From the NCBI GenBank assembly GCA_964607485.1, contig CAZSKP010000050.1, positions 1-26,891 of the forward strand: DNA of 26,891 bases, given 5' to 3'. The stretch is from an uncultured bacterium (GTDB lineage Bacteria; Abyssobacteria; SURF-5). The translations under genes and the position numbers were made by a program. The notes under the pieces were generated by a model. It was not told the origin of the DNA. It worked only from the letters and a program-made list of their open reading frames with translations, and did no database searches. Shown here piece after piece: positions 9,285 to 17,640 of this stretch; positions within the stretch are counted from its first letter, which is position 1; each line of letters opens with the position of its first letter.

Positions 9285-10781
9285 ATGGCGGGAATTGTTG
9301 CGATTTTCGGACCCGACGCAGAGCGCGAGACTGACCTGGCTCGCACCATGCTCGCAAAAATAAAGCATCGCGGACCCGATTTTGAGGGAATATTCTCGGA
9401 GAAGAATGTCGTGTTGGGTTTCGTCGGGAAGAAAGCAGGCGCTTCGTCAAACGCCGAATCCATGCCCTTCATCGATGAGGATCGTCACACGGCAATCACC
9501 TGTGATGCGGAAATATATGCCCACGAGAGCGCGTTGCCGGATACTGCGCGCGAGAGGAACTTGACGGTGGAGAGCGCGAGAGCAATCGCCGACGCTGTCT
9601 TGAACTCCGGCAAACCTCTCGAAAAAGGACTGGAGGGGCCATTCAATTTCGTGCTTCACAAGAACGGCGACACTTATGCCGGAAGGGACCGCTTGGGCAT
9701 CGTCCCTTTGTATATGGCCGAGCGGGGCGACCTGACCGTATTCGCCTCGGAACTGAAAGCCATCAGCGGTCTGGCCTCGAACATCAGGGAATTCCCGCCG
9801 GGCAGCATCTATCTCTCATCTGGTACCCTCCGCGATTACGCGGGCGCCCCTCCGCCCTCCATTCGCGCGCAGCCTGTCGACTCCCTCTGTCTGCAACTCC
9901 GCGAACGGATAGAGGAAGCCGTCAAGAAGCGATTGGATTGCTGCGCGAGCAAGAAAGGCGTGTTTCTCAGCGGCGGAATAGACAGCAGCATCATAGCCGC
10001 GTTGGTCAGCAGGTACATCCCGAACGTCGATTCTTTCACCGTCGGCATGGAGAACAGCGAGGACGTTCCCTTCGCCCGCAAGGTGGCGGAGCATTTAGGA
10101 ACCAACCATCATGAGTATTCCTACGACCTGGATGAAGTCCTGAGCATCCTGCCCGACGTCGTTTATCACCTGGAGTCCTTCGATGCGCCGCTCGTTCGGA
10201 GTGCGACCGCCAACTATATTGCCAGCCGCGAAGCGAGCACGCGCGTTGACACGATACTCATCGGAGAGGGCGGGGACGAGGATTTTGGCGGGTACCACCA
10301 CGTGAAGCGCCTCAAGAGTGCCGAGGATCAGCAAAAGGAATTCATGAGATTGTTTCAGGGGCTCCACAATAACGGTTTCATGAGGACCGACCGGATGAAC
10401 TGGGCCCATTCCTTGAACGTGCGTGCGCCGTTCTTCGATACGGCGGTTGTTGAATTAGCCCTGTCAATACATCCGGAATTGAAATTGCACGGTGAAGACC
10501 AGACGGAGAAATGGATACTGAGGAAAGCCTTTGAGGACTACCTCCCCAAGGAAGTCATAATGCGGCCGAAAAAACAGTTCGCGCGCGGGTCGGGATCCGA
10601 TGACCTCCTCACCCGATATGCCGAAGGGGAAATCAGCGACCGGGAATTCGAAACCGAAAAGGAAAAATATCCCGCCGTGGACCTTCGCTGGAAGGAAGAA
10701 TACCTGTACTTCAAGATATTTAGAGACCACTTCGGCGACGACCCGTCAACGCTGGCAACCGTGGGCCGGTGGTATGAGTGA
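9285..10781 (+). CDS. Asparagine-synthetase-like ATP-dependent amide ligase with inactive glutaminase domain
   Basis: Synthetase domain intact (FLSGGIDSS PP-loop, GEGGDEDFGGY, RAPFFD, EKWILRKAF). The N-terminus is MAGI instead of MCGI, DAEIYA replaces NGEIYN, and there is no RLSI motif. RBS GGGAG upstream. Confidence 0.88.
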   Translation: MAGIVAIFGPDAERETDLARTMLAKIKHRGPDFEGIFSEKNVVLGFVGKKAGASSNAESMPFIDEDRHTAITCDAEIYAHESALPDTARERNLTVESARAIADAVLNSGKPLEKGLEGPFNFVLHKNGDTYAGRDRLGIVPLYMAERGDLTVFASELKAISGLASNIREFPPGSIYLSSGTLRDYAGAPPPSIRAQPVDSLCLQLRERIEEAVKKRLDCCASKKGVFLSGGIDSSIIAALVSRYIPNVDSFTVGMENSEDVPFARKVAEHLGTNHHEYSYDLDEVLSILPDVVYHLESFDAPLVRSATANYIASREASTRVDTILIGEGGDEDFGGYHHVKRLKSAEDQQKEFMRLFQGLHNNGFMRTDRMNWAHSLNVRAPFFDTAVVELALSIHPELKLHGEDQTEKWILRKAFEDYLPKEVIMRPKKQFARGSGSDDLLTRYAEGEISDREFETEKEKYPAVDLRWKEEYLYFKIFRDHFGDDPSTLATVGRWYE

Positions 10782-10849
10782 CCATGTTCGCGCATTCCAG
10801 AGGATATTTTTTCTAGATTGATTCGTTTCTCGAAGGATGGGAATGCCAC

Positions 10850-11644
10850 ATGTTGATTGTGGGAGAGAGAATTAACACGAGTCGAAAGCCGATAGCGGAA
10901 GCGACAAGAAGACGCGATTCGGCTTTCATCGTCAATGAGGCGCGCCTGCAACTCGAAGCGGGTGCGCACCTGATCGACGTCAACGCCGGCACCTTTGCCG
11001 AGCAGGAGAAAGAAAACCTCAGATGGTTGGTCAGCGTCCTCCATGACGAAGTCGCCGCGCCGCTCTCTATAGACAGCTCGGATCCGCTTGCCGTATCGGA
11101 GGCACTTGACATCTGCGGCAACGAAACGATGGTGAATTCCATTACCGCCGAGAAGGAGAAATATGCCGCGATGCTTCCCCTCATAAGAGAGCGCCAGTCA
11201 AAAGTCGTCGCTCTGTTCCTGGATGACGAGGGCGTCACGGGTGAACTGCAGGAAAAATTGAAGGTCGGATTCAATCTTCTGGAAAAACTCCTCGGGGATG
11301 GGATACCGCCGGACAAAATCTACGCCGACCCCCTTGTCATGGCGGTCGGCGCCACGCAGGATGGGGGCATCGTAACGCTCAGAACCATCCAGGAGATTCG
11401 GGTCAGATATCCAGGGATTCACATCATAGGCGGCGTCAGCAACATTTCGTACGGCGTCCCCGCGAGACCTTTGCTCAATCGAACGTTTCTTACCATGGCG
11501 ATGACAGTCGGACTTGATGCCGTGATCCTTGACCCGCTTGACAGCCAGATGATGGCAAGTGTCACCGCGGCAAATGCGATTCTGGGAAACGATGCGTTTT
11601 GTCGCGAATATCTCGCGGCTTATCGAAACAAGCAATTAGGGTAA
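10850..11644 (+). CDS. Methyltetrahydrofolate:corrinoid methyltransferase (AcsE/MtgA-like), copy 2
   Basis: MLIVGERINTSRK, GAHLIDVNAG, LSIDSS, MVNSIT, YADPLV, GVSNISYGVPAR and GLDAVILDP. Confidence 0.92.
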   Translation: MLIVGERINTSRKPIAEATRRRDSAFIVNEARLQLEAGAHLIDVNAGTFAEQEKENLRWLVSVLHDEVAAPLSIDSSDPLAVSEALDICGNETMVNSITAEKEKYAAMLPLIRERQSKVVALFLDDEGVTGELQEKLKVGFNLLEKLLGDGIPPDKIYADPLVMAVGATQDGGIVTLRTIQEIRVRYPGIHIIGGVSNISYGVPARPLLNRTFLTMAMTVGLDAVILDPLDSQMMASVTAANAILGNDAFCREYLAAYRNKQLG

Positions 11645-11715
11645 AGAGCAGCCGTCTTGTCGCGTGAGTGAAGCGGGACGCAGGATGTTTGGAGTTATTC
11701 AGGAGGGAGAAAAAC

Positions 11716-12381
11716 ATGGTTGACTTGAAAGAGCTCTCCGAAATCCTCCAGCAAGGAGACGCGAAGCGAGTACGCGAACTTACCACACAGGCGATTGAAG
11801 AGGGACTCTCTCCAAAGGAGATTCTGTCCGACGGACTGATTGCCGGCATGGATGTGGTCGGCGTGAAGTTCAAGGAAGGTGAGCTCTTTCTGCCCGAAGT
11901 TCTGAGTGTCGCGGGGGCAATGCACGCGGGATTGGAGGTGTTGAGACCGAAATTGGCGGAGACAGGGGCGAAACTTGTCGGAAGAATCGTACTCGGCACG
12001 GTGAAGGGCGACCTGCATGACATCGGCAAGAATCTCGTGGGAATGATGCTGGAAGGCGCCGGCTTTGAGGTGAATGACTTGGGGATAGATGTGGCCCCGG
12101 AACGATTCCTGGAAGCGGCCCAGGAGGAGGGTGTCGATATCGTGGGGTTGTCGGCTCTTCTCTCCACAACAATGCCGAAAATGAGAGAGACTGTCTATAA
12201 GCTGCGAGAGTCGGGACTTGTGCCGCACGTAAAGATAATGGTGGGCGGGGCGCCCGTCACCCGCAAGTATGCCGAGGAAATTGGCGCAGATAGCTACGGC
12301 GACAATGCAGCAGCCGCGGTCGACGAGGCGAGGAAACTCATCGGCATATCCTCCAACATCTCATGGCGAAAACAAAAATAG
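11716..12381 (+). CDS. Corrinoid methyl-acceptor protein, copy 2
   Basis: GTVKGDLHDIGKNLV, GLSALLSTTM, MVGGAPVT and IGADSY; ATG at 11716 follows the strong RBS AGGAGG (11701-11706). Confidence 0.94.
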   Translation: MVDLKELSEILQQGDAKRVRELTTQAIEEGLSPKEILSDGLIAGMDVVGVKFKEGELFLPEVLSVAGAMHAGLEVLRPKLAETGAKLVGRIVLGTVKGDLHDIGKNLVGMMLEGAGFEVNDLGIDVAPERFLEAAQEEGVDIVGLSALLSTTMPKMRETVYKLRESGLVPHVKIMVGGAPVTRKYAEEIGADSYGDNAAAAVDEARKLIGISSNISWRKQK

Positions 12382-12469
12382 CGGAAATTCCCCGGCAACG
12401 ATTCACAATCGCCGGGCACGTGTGAGTTGACGTAGAACCTACATTGGTACAACACCGGAGTGACGACCT

Positions 12470-13876
12470 ATGGCAAAGCCACTGCTGCTGTCTCATGAGC
12501 ATGCATCAACCATGCACGAAGCTTCGCTGAAAGTGCTCGAGAAGACGGGCATTCAACTGAACCATGCCGAGGCGGAAGACCTTTTCTTGGAAGCGGGCGC
12601 AACGAAGGATGACGAAGGTAGGATTCTCATACCGCGTGGACTTGTTGAACAGGCGCTGGAAAAGGCATCTCCCCAGATACAGTTGTACGACAGGAATGGA
12701 AAAGAATCCATCCTGCTCGGCAAAGGGAGAACATATTTCGGACCGGGCTCCGACGCGCTTTACAACTATGATATTGAAACAAAAGAGCTTCGGCTCTCGG
12801 TACTGGAAGATGTCAAGAACAATGCCCGACTGGCTGACTCCTTAGGATTCGATTTCGTCATGTCCATGGCGCTCCCCGAAGACGTTGCGCAGGATAAGCT
12901 GTATGCCGTGGTGTTTGCCGAAATGCTGAAAAACACCACCAAGCCATTGGTTGTCACCTCGACAAGCCTCGAAGATATCCAGCGAAATCACCACATAGCG
13001 TCATTGGTGAGAGGGGGAGAGGATAACTTAAGAAAAAGACCCTTCTGGCTGGCATACATAGAACCAATATCTCCCTTGATATTCGATGAGTGTTGCACGG
13101 CAAGGCTTCTCTATTGTGCGGAGCATGGTATTCCCTGCCTGTTCGCGGCCGGGGCCAACTGCGGCGGCGGAGCCCCGGTCACAGTGGAAGGGGGAGTGGT
13201 TCAAGGGACTGCCGAATCGCTGGCAGGCCTGACGCTTGCCTCGCTGAAAAACGAAAGGGTGCGCTTTGTCTATGGGACCAACACGTCCTCCATGGACATG
13301 AGAACCATGATTGTGTGCTATGGCTCCCCCGAATGGGCCAAGACGGTGGCGATGTATGCCGAAATGGGGGAGTATTACCATTTGCCCAGCTGGGGAACCG
13401 CGGGATGCAGCGACTCTTACGTGATAGATGCCCAGGCCGCCATGGAGGCGTATGAAGGAATATTCTGGGCTGTCCAATCCGGCACCACACTTGCCCACGA
13501 TGTCGGTTTCCTCGGGCACGGAGAAATGTATCATCCGGGAATGCTCGTGCTGACGGACATGATGATTCAGAGAGCACGGTATGTGTTGAGGAAACCGGAT
13601 CTCTCGGACGAGATTCTCGCCACCGATGTCATTGATGAGGTGGCGCGATCGGGGAAATTGTATGTCGCACATCCCCACACCGTAAAACACTTCCGGCAGG
13701 CGTTGTGGATACCGCCTACGTGGGTCTATCGGGACAAGATTGAGCAAATCTATGATAAGAAGGACCTTGCCGAGCTGCTGACCGATGAGGCCAAGAGCAT
13801 CCTCCTGAGACACAAACATGAGGAGCTCTCGCCCGACATCGCGCAAGAAATTGACGAATATTGTGCCACGATTTAG
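12470..13876 (+). CDS. MttB-superfamily methyltransferase, non-pyrrolysine, copy 3
   Basis: MHEASLKVLEKTGI, YFGPGSD, EPISPL, APVTVEG, AESLAGL, AGCSDSYVIDAQAAME, HDVGFL and HPHTVKHFR. Confidence 0.9.
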   Translation: MAKPLLLSHEHASTMHEASLKVLEKTGIQLNHAEAEDLFLEAGATKDDEGRILIPRGLVEQALEKASPQIQLYDRNGKESILLGKGRTYFGPGSDALYNYDIETKELRLSVLEDVKNNARLADSLGFDFVMSMALPEDVAQDKLYAVVFAEMLKNTTKPLVVTSTSLEDIQRNHHIASLVRGGEDNLRKRPFWLAYIEPISPLIFDECCTARLLYCAEHGIPCLFAAGANCGGGAPVTVEGGVVQGTAESLAGLTLASLKNERVRFVYGTNTSSMDMRTMIVCYGSPEWAKTVAMYAEMGEYYHLPSWGTAGCSDSYVIDAQAAMEAYEGIFWAVQSGTTLAHDVGFLGHGEMYHPGMLVLTDMMIQRARYVLRKPDLSDEILATDVIDEVARSGKLYVAHPHTVKHFRQALWIPPTWVYRDKIEQIYDKKDLAELLTDEAKSILLRHKHEELSPDIAQEIDEYCATI

Positions 13877-13915
13877 TGACGTTTTCGCAGGTGAACAGAA
13901 AGGTGGAAAGAACCG

Positions 13916-15400
13916 GTGTGTGGAATAGCCGCGATTTATGGGGATAGCAACCCGGAAATAGTCAGACGCATGACGTCACAATTGTGCCATCGCGGTCCGG
14001 ACGACGACGGCGTGTATTGCGACAACAATATCTCGTTGGGTCACACACGGCTGTCCATCGTAGATGTGGAGCATGGCCACCAGCCGCTGTTCAACGAAGA
14101 CGGCAGCATCGTCCTGATATGCAACGGGGAGATATATAACCACCTGCAGCTCAGGGAAAAGCTGGGCCGTCACGCGTTCAGCACGCGAAGCGATTCGGAA
14201 GTAATCCTGCACCTCTACGAGGAGCTTGGGCCGGAATGTGTGCGCGAGCTTGACGGCATGTTCGCGTTCATTCTGTTTGACGGAAAAAATCTCTTCGCTG
14301 CGCGCGACCCGATCGGCATAAAGCCCCTGTATCATGGAAAGCGCGGCGACAACCTCTGTTTCGCATCGGAAATGAAAGCCTTCTCGGGCTTGGTCGAGGA
14401 CATCTCCGAATTTCCCAACGGTAGTTACTACCACTCAGAGGAAGGATTTCAACCGTACTACGAACTGCCGCAAACGGAACCGCAGGTTGACGATGCGGAA
14501 TCGGCGGCTCATCATCTGCGAGAACTCTTTCAACAGGCCGTCGTCAAGAGGCTGATGGCCGATGTCCCGCTGGGGGTCCTCCTGAGCGGCGGATTGGACA
14601 GCAGCCTCGTGAGCGCGATGGCGTCCAAGCATGCAGACAATCTTAACTCGTTCAGCGTGGGGATGTCCGGGAGCGCGGACGTCATGGCGGCGCGGACGAC
14701 AGCCGATTTTATCGGCACCCATCATCACGAGTTCGTGTACACCATGGGGGACGTGCTGGAGGCTCTGCCCACCGTGATCTACTATCTCGAATCCTACGAC
14801 GCCCCTCTGGTGCGCAGCGCTGTTCCGACCTTTTTCGTCTCCCGCCTGGCCCGCCGCCACGTGAAGGTCATCCTGAGTGGCGAGGGAGCGGATGAGCTGT
14901 TTGCCGGCTACCACTACTACAAGAACTGTCCGAGCGGACAACTATTGCATCAGGAATTGGTCCGCAGCGTCGCAAGCCTGCACAACCTCAACCTCCAACG
15001 CCTCGACCGGCTCTCGATGGCTCACTCGTTGGAAGCGCGCGTTCCTTTCCTCGATGTGGCGCTCATCGAATACGCCCTCCAGTTGAGCCCCGCCTTGAAG
15101 ATCGAGGCAGCCAGCCAAACGGAAAAATGGATACTCCGAAAAGCATTTGAGGATATGCTGCCCCGCGAGATAGTCTGGAGGGTCAAACAGCAGTTTGCCG
15201 AGGGGTGCGGCTCGGCCGAACTCATCAGTGACTATGTGGAAAGCTTCATTTCCGACGAAGAATATCATACTGCGCTGGCTGAAGACCCGAGGTGTCGGGC
15301 GCGTTCAAAGGAAGAACTGTACTATTACAGAATCTTCTCTGAACATTTCGGAAATGAGAGTGCGGTCGGGTGCGTCGGCCACTGGGAAGAGACATATTGA
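13916..15400 (+). CDS. asnB: Asparagine synthetase B-like glutamine amidotransferase (glutaminase domain intact)
   Basis: GTG start followed by Cys (MCGI), HRGPD, RLSIVD, NGEIYN, SDSE, LSGGLDSS, SGEGADELFAGY and RVPFLD. Confidence 0.9.
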   Translation: MCGIAAIYGDSNPEIVRRMTSQLCHRGPDDDGVYCDNNISLGHTRLSIVDVEHGHQPLFNEDGSIVLICNGEIYNHLQLREKLGRHAFSTRSDSEVILHLYEELGPECVRELDGMFAFILFDGKNLFAARDPIGIKPLYHGKRGDNLCFASEMKAFSGLVEDISEFPNGSYYHSEEGFQPYYELPQTEPQVDDAESAAHHLRELFQQAVVKRLMADVPLGVLLSGGLDSSLVSAMASKHADNLNSFSVGMSGSADVMAARTTADFIGTHHHEFVYTMGDVLEALPTVIYYLESYDAPLVRSAVPTFFVSRLARRHVKVILSGEGADELFAGYHYYKNCPSGQLLHQELVRSVASLHNLNLQRLDRLSMAHSLEARVPFLDVALIEYALQLSPALKIEAASQTEKWILRKAFEDMLPREIVWRVKQQFAEGCGSAELISDYVESFISDEEYHTALAEDPRCRARSKEELYYYRIFSEHFGNESAVGCVGHWEETY

Positions 15401-15692
15401 GGGAACCGACAGCCTCCTGTAAGTGAGCCAAACTCGTCTAAATATCCCTCTCGACGAATGAAGAATTCGTTTTCAATTCCTCACCATACAATGCCCCGAG
15501 ATCAAGAAGCTGGACATTCCTCTGCCGATAGAGCATGTCACTGCTCCCAAATTCAAGACCTGACGTATCTCTAAGGAGTAGGAATGGGAGCTCTGCCGTT
15601 AAGTTCGAAGAGAATTCGTTGGGGGAAGATCCCGACGACTCTGGTCGTACATCTGATTCAAGACATCTCCTTAGTCTAATCAATCAGCGGAC

Positions 15693-15724
15693 AAAAGAAT
15701 AAGGGGGACAAAATTGCCCCCCTT
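15693..15724 (-). terminator. Rho-independent terminator downstream of the DUF1059 gene
   Basis: Minus strand reads AAGGGGGGCA-ATTT-TGTCCCCCTT (10-bp stem with one G-U) followed by ATTCTTTT. Confidence 0.7.
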
Positions 15725-15763
15725 CCCTTCGCCAGCAGGAAGAACCTCGGTTCATCCGACCGA

Positions 15764-15958
15764 TTACGTAACGACGCGGATTGCCTTGCGGACCTTCTCC
15801 AGAAGTTCCTTCGGGATTTCCTTCATGTCGTGGGCTGTTCTTGCATGCTCTGCGGCCTTCGCCAAAATCTCCTTCTCGTCCTTTCCGCGAGCGACGAAAT
15901 CACAATCTACCCCTACGTCTCTGCAACACAGTTCTTTTTCGCTTTCTTTTGCCGTCAT
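15764..15958 (-). CDS. DUF1059 small putative metal-binding protein (64 aa)
   Basis: CRDVGVDCDFVARG...EHARTAH pattern typical of DUF1059; ATG at 15958 after GAAGG. Confidence 0.85.
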   Translation of the reverse strand: MTAKESEKELCCRDVGVDCDFVARGKDEKEILAKAAEHARTAHDMKEIPKELLEKVRKAIRVVT

Positions 15959-16091
15959 CGATATCGCCTTCTTTCTTGTTTCCTTACTCAATTCTGTCGC
16001 TAAGACCCGCAAAAGGCAATGCCCATATGTTTAAGGACGTCTCGTAACCCCTCGCCCTGGTGGCAACGAGTGGGTGCGAATTTGTTTGCAA

Positions 16092-16214
16092 TCAAAGGGT
16101 ATGACTTTGATGAAGAGTTTGCGGTTCGTTGAGGAAAGTTTCTCCCAACAACGAAGAAGCTTTTTCAAGGTGGGATCGTTCTAGTGGTATGAGTTGAACC
16201 GTATTCTCGTTCAT
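16092..16214 (-). pseudogene. Probable truncated GNAT acetyltransferase N-terminus (40 aa)
   Basis: MNENTVQLIPLERSHLEKASSLLGETFLNEP resembles the GNAT beta1-alpha1 start (ending AF..DP); GGAGAG RBS directly after the MFS gene; the frame stops early. Confidence 0.4.
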
Positions 16215-16236
16215 TGCTTCTCTCCGGCAGCTCACA

Positions 16237-17640
16237 TTACAGTAATTCTTTGAACCCCGTCTCGTCCCATGCCGCGCCTGAACGTTTCGCCTCGATCGCC
16301 TCAAGAAGCGCCTTGTGCCGCTTCCGGGTCATGGGAAAGAAAATGGCAATGACGATAGAAATAAGGATGAGTCCCGCCAGAACCGGCCCAAACAGTATCC
16401 TTAATCCAAGGAGTACGGGGGCCGACTGGGTGGTGTTTGGTACGTAGCCGATCTGTTCGAGCACTTGACCAAGAATAAGGAGGGAGAGAGCAGAGCCCAT
16501 CTTCTGTACAAACGTGACGACGCCGTAATACAGCCCCTCACGCCTCTTGCCGGTCTTGAACTCATCCACCTCGACCACGTCGGCTATCATGGAAAAGCAT
16601 AAGAGAAATGATGCGGAGGCGCCTACTGCGCCCAAGGCCGCGAGGAAGTACATCAGGACAACATGATGCGGTCTGATTATCAGGTTGCCGATCCCATAAG
16701 CGCCGGCCCAAAGCCCCATGAAAAGCATAAAGGCACTGCGCTTACCAATCCGCTTGGAGACAAGCGTAATTATCGGCACCCATAAGACTGTGCAAACAAA
16801 GAAGAACAAAAAGAAGAGCGAAATCTGGCTCTCAGAGAAATTCATCCAATATTCGAGGAAATACATCGCCATCGTACCGGTTGCATAGACGGCGGTGGCG
16901 CTGAAAAAATAGATCCCGATGACGTGGCGGAACGAGCGATTACCGAAGACTGCCCGCGACAAATCCTTGAAGTTCAGCGGCTCAGTGTCCTCGACGTAGC
17001 GCTCCCATCCGCGGGTCAGGCGCCACGTAAGAAGTATCGGAAAGACGCAAAGAAAACCAAAGACGGCGCCGGTTACAGACCAGCCCGTCTTTGGGTCCGA
17101 AAACTGCTTTACAATCATCAATGGCACTGCGGCGGCGAAGATTGAAGCTATCTGGCTCCATACGACCCTGAAACTCATGAGGCTTGTGCGTTCATCATAA
17201 TCTTTGGTCATCTCAGGCGCCAGGGCAGTGTAAGGAACGTCCAGGACTGTGAGCGCGCCATGCATCAAAAGAGACATGACGAGGTAGTAGACGGGCAGTT
17301 TGTACCCGTGTAGAGGAGGGCCGGAAAAGAGCATCCAGAAGATAAGACCGAAAGGTATTGCAACACCGAGGAGGTAGGGACGACGTCTTCCAAATCTGCT
17401 GTGGGTGCGATCGGAAATGATTCCCATGGCCGGGTCGGTGACGGCGTCCCACATGGCCGCGGCGAACAGTATACCGCCACCGACTGAGGGGCGGATGCCC
17501 ACTACGTCCGTCAGGAAGATGAGAAAATACACCGCATATGCAGTGAATACGACGGAAGATGCCCACTCTGCGCCACCATATGCAATCTTCACCTCAAGCG
17601 GGATTTTCCCTGCATTTTGAGGCGTCCCGTTTGCCGTCAT
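16237..17640 (-). CDS. MFS transporter, glycoside-pentoside-hexuronide (MelB/UidB-like) family
   Basis: WDAVTDPAMGIISDRTHSRFGRRRPY, PYTALAPEMTKDYDERTSL and DVVEVDEFKTGKRREGLYYG; multiple TM segments. ATG at 17640 overlaps the TetR stop (ATGA). Confidence 0.9.
   Translation of the reverse strand: MTANGTPQNAGKIPLEVKIAYGGAEWASSVVFTAYAVYFLIFLTDVVGIRPSVGGGILFAAAMWDAVTDPAMGIISDRTHSRFGRRRPYLLGVAIPFGLIFWMLFSGPPLHGYKLPVYYLVMSLLMHGALTVLDVPYTALAPEMTKDYDERTSLMSFRVVWSQIASIFAAAVPLMIVKQFSDPKTGWSVTGAVFGFLCVFPILLTWRLTRGWERYVEDTEPLNFKDLSRAVFGNRSFRHVIGIYFFSATAVYATGTMAMYFLEYWMNFSESQISLFFLFFFVCTVLWVPIITLVSKRIGKRSAFMLFMGLWAGAYGIGNLIIRPHHVVLMYFLAALGAVGASASFLLCFSMIADVVEVDEFKTGKRREGLYYGVVTFVQKMGSALSLLILGQVLEQIGYVPNTTQSAPVLLGLRILFGPVLAGLILISIVIAIFFPMTRKRHKALLEAIEAKRSGAAWDETGFKELL

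Noticed and set aside
12391-12453. Hairpin CCCGG...CCGGG and possible TTGACG/TACAAC internal promoter before MttB copy 3
   Set aside because: The hairpin lacks a U-tract, the spacer is only 15 nt and the -10 is weak.
736-13876. Pyrrolysine or selenocysteine readthrough at the TAG/TGA stops in the methyltransferase cluster
   Set aside because: All three MttB genes are full length with sense codons at the Pyl site. The TAG stops checked (1338, 3743, 6619, 13876) fall at natural protein ends and are not in an open frame with the next gene.
26-15268. Long antisense ORFs (e.g. 331-1503, 1968-3020, 4111-5364, 5375-6613, 8374-9450, 13028-13846)
   Set aside because: They are shadow frames of GC-rich genuine genes on the opposite strand and show no recognisable motifs.
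15438-15683. 81-aa minus-strand ORF
   Set aside because: Non-ATG start, no RBS or motif, and it lies beyond the DUF1059 terminator.
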